Source: Wallemia ichthyophaga EXF-994
Lineage: Eukaryota > Fungi > Basidiomycota
Length of the DNA: 18,416 bases
NCBI RefSeq assembly: GCF_000400465.1
Contig: NW_008806307.1
Coordinates: 1-18,416, forward strand
Direction of reading: 5' to 3'
In this document: piece after piece, positions 16,887 through 18,416 of the stretch
Numbering within the stretch: position 1 is the stretch's first letter
How the letters are laid out: each line of letters begins with the position of its first letter
Notes under the pieces: model-generated
The model's input: only the letters and a program-made list of their open reading frames with translations
The model's database searches: none
Told to the model about the DNA's origin: nothing
Made by a program: the position numbers and the translations under genes

Positions 16887-18416
16887 TGATAAATGAGATC
16901 TATATGTAAATGACAAAGAAAAACGAAATGTCTGAGAAATTTTCACCGCGTACGCTATCGGACCAAGACATGACCAACGCACTCCACCAGGATAAACACC
17001 ATTGTTAAACCATTAAGAGAACCCTCAATTGACCAGGCGGAAGTTCGTAACCCGTTTTCGAACTAAGGCAAAGGCGATGAGACGTTGAAGGTGATCCCAA
17101 CTTGGGACGATACTCCGCCAAGCCTTGAAGAGGTCCATAGTATGCGCACTCAAGGCACCGCCAGCACTGAAGACAAGTGGCACGAAGTCTAAAGAGACAA
17201 CGTGCCGATACTTGTCCACCTTCTTTGCAGCTTGGTGGCTCAAACCGGCCCGTAACAGCTGCATCCCATCTTTCTGTTGCCAATCCTTAGTAATTGAAGC
17301 GATATAAGGGGCTAAGGCGGAAGCAGAATGGATAGTGATGTCATGCATGGCGTACGCGCCAGCACCGTTAGCGTGGCTGAGGACCAAGTCCATCCTCATC
17401 AAGTTGTGAGGATCCTCTGGAGCTAACTTCTTCTCCGTCGATACAGATACACCTGCCGCCTTGAGATAACTAGCAAGGTGGTCCCGCACCTTATCGTGTC
17501 GCCACGTCTTGATTTGAACTCGGTCACGACAAATGTCATCATGGCCAGGCGTGTTGTGCTGACCACAATGGCAAATGTGTGCCTCGCCAGGACACAGCGT
17601 CCGCAGGTGGAGAAGAGCCTTGAACTCAGAGTTAGTAAAGCGCAGGCCAGGCTCAAATGGTAGAGACGTAAGAGGCTTTCGCCCCAATTTCGTACCATTC
17701 TCCGCCAACTGTAACTTGCCATAAAGGTCAAGCCCATCACTCAGCTCCTTATACCTCACAGCATTCGCCACATCAGTGTACGTTCGCTGCTGGGTGATTG
17801 GGGGCTGATTCAGGTCAGAAGACGGGTGAAGAATGAGCTGTAGCTGCCGTCCAGCTTGCTCAGCCATGGCTTTACGCGCGAAGGGTGCTACACGTGCGTG
17901 CGATACTATACCTAGGCCGCCTTGATATGACGGAAGATGAAAAAGATCTTCGTCCGTGGGTAAGACTCTAGGAGAGCCGCGCAACTCACGAATAGCAGAA
18001 CGGAAGACATCGTCTACCCGGTGCCATTCATCCCCAGCGTCACTGAGGTCCAACGAGCGCTGGAGGTGTCGAAGCGATGCTTGAAATGACTTTGATAACA
18101 GAAGCCACGCATACTGAGTCCGCACAAGTCGTAAACGACTGAGCTTACGCTTGACTACCTCCAATTGTCTACGAAGGAACCCCACACGCACGTGCCTAGG
18201 ACCCACCACTGTACCTAGCAACTCCATCCCCTCAGTGCGTATATCATCCACCGATTTCGATAAACATTTATCTTTATTCAACTTGATCGAAAGGTTCAAC
18301 GAATCAAGAGAAGAAAAGACGTCCTGTTGAATATCGGTATTGGATAAGACATACACATCATCCAAATAGGAAAGCACTAAACCTTTATCACCTATTGTTA
18401 AGGTTTGGGTTTGTCT
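16887..18416 (-). mobile_element. RLE-type (CRE-like) non-LTR retrotransposon, family A, 5' part beyond the window
   Basis: Uninterrupted RT/Zn-knuckle/RLE ORF, then a 138-nt 3' UTR ending directly at CCTAACCTAACCT with no poly(A). Confidence 0.9.
17025..18416 (-). CDS. Reverse transcriptase + CCHC zinc knuckle + restriction-like endonuclease (partial, 463 codons in window)
   Basis: Frame stays open to the window edge (RQTQTLTIGDKGLVLSYLDDVYVL). Motifs: YLDD catalytic motif, LFHLPSYQGGLGI, CHCGQHNTPGHDDIC, RHDKV, RMDLV, HDITI, KKVDKY, FVPLVFSAGG. Confidence 0.93.
   Translation of the reverse strand, partial: RQTQTLTIGDKGLVLSYLDDVYVLSNTDIQQDVFSSLDSLNLSIKLNKDKCLSKSVDDIRTEGMELLGTVVGPRHVRVGFLRRQLEVVKRKLSRLRLVRTQYAWLLLSKSFQASLRHLQRSLDLSDAGDEWHRVDDVFRSAIRELRGSPRVLPTDEDLFHLPSYQGGLGIVSHARVAPFARKAMAEQAGRQLQLILHPSSDLNQPPITQQRTYTDVANAVRYKELSDGLDLYGKLQLAENGTKLGRKPLTSLPFEPGLRFTNSEFKALLHLRTLCPGEAHICHCGQHNTPGHDDICRDRVQIKTWRHDKVRDHLASYLKAAGVSVSTEKKLAPEDPHNLMRMDLVLSHANGAGAYAMHDITIHSASALAPYIASITKDWQQKDGMQLLRAGLSHQAAKKVDKYRHVVSLDFVPLVFSAGGALSAHTMDLFKAWRSIVPSWDHLQRLIAFALVRKRVTNFRLVN

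Overview
Gene-dense eukaryotic (fungal) DNA with 21 predicted introns of only 42-55 nt and intergenic gaps down to 62 bp. The architecture suggests a compact basidiomycete such as Wallemia (inference, not verified). Left to right: about 1 kb with no recognisable gene; a decayed, divergent, intron-retaining EF-1alpha pseudogene; CAND1 (-) head-to-head with NAS2 (+); a small orphan ORF; Aurora kinase (-); DNA ligase I (-) with a predicted upstream mitochondrial-targeting exon missing from the ORF track; HSP60 (-) head-to-head with ATG3 (+); ARP2 (+). About 200 bp after ARP2 the housekeeping block ends at telomere-like (TTAGG)n units. Two different restriction-like-endonuclease (CRE-like) non-LTR retroelements follow in tandem on the minus strand. 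Each has its 3' end abutting a TTAGG tract and no poly(A) tail. This is the most interesting signal: a candidate TTAGG-targeted retrotransposon array, possibly at a chromosome end. All exon boundaries and family assignments come from manual reading and motif recall, not database searches.
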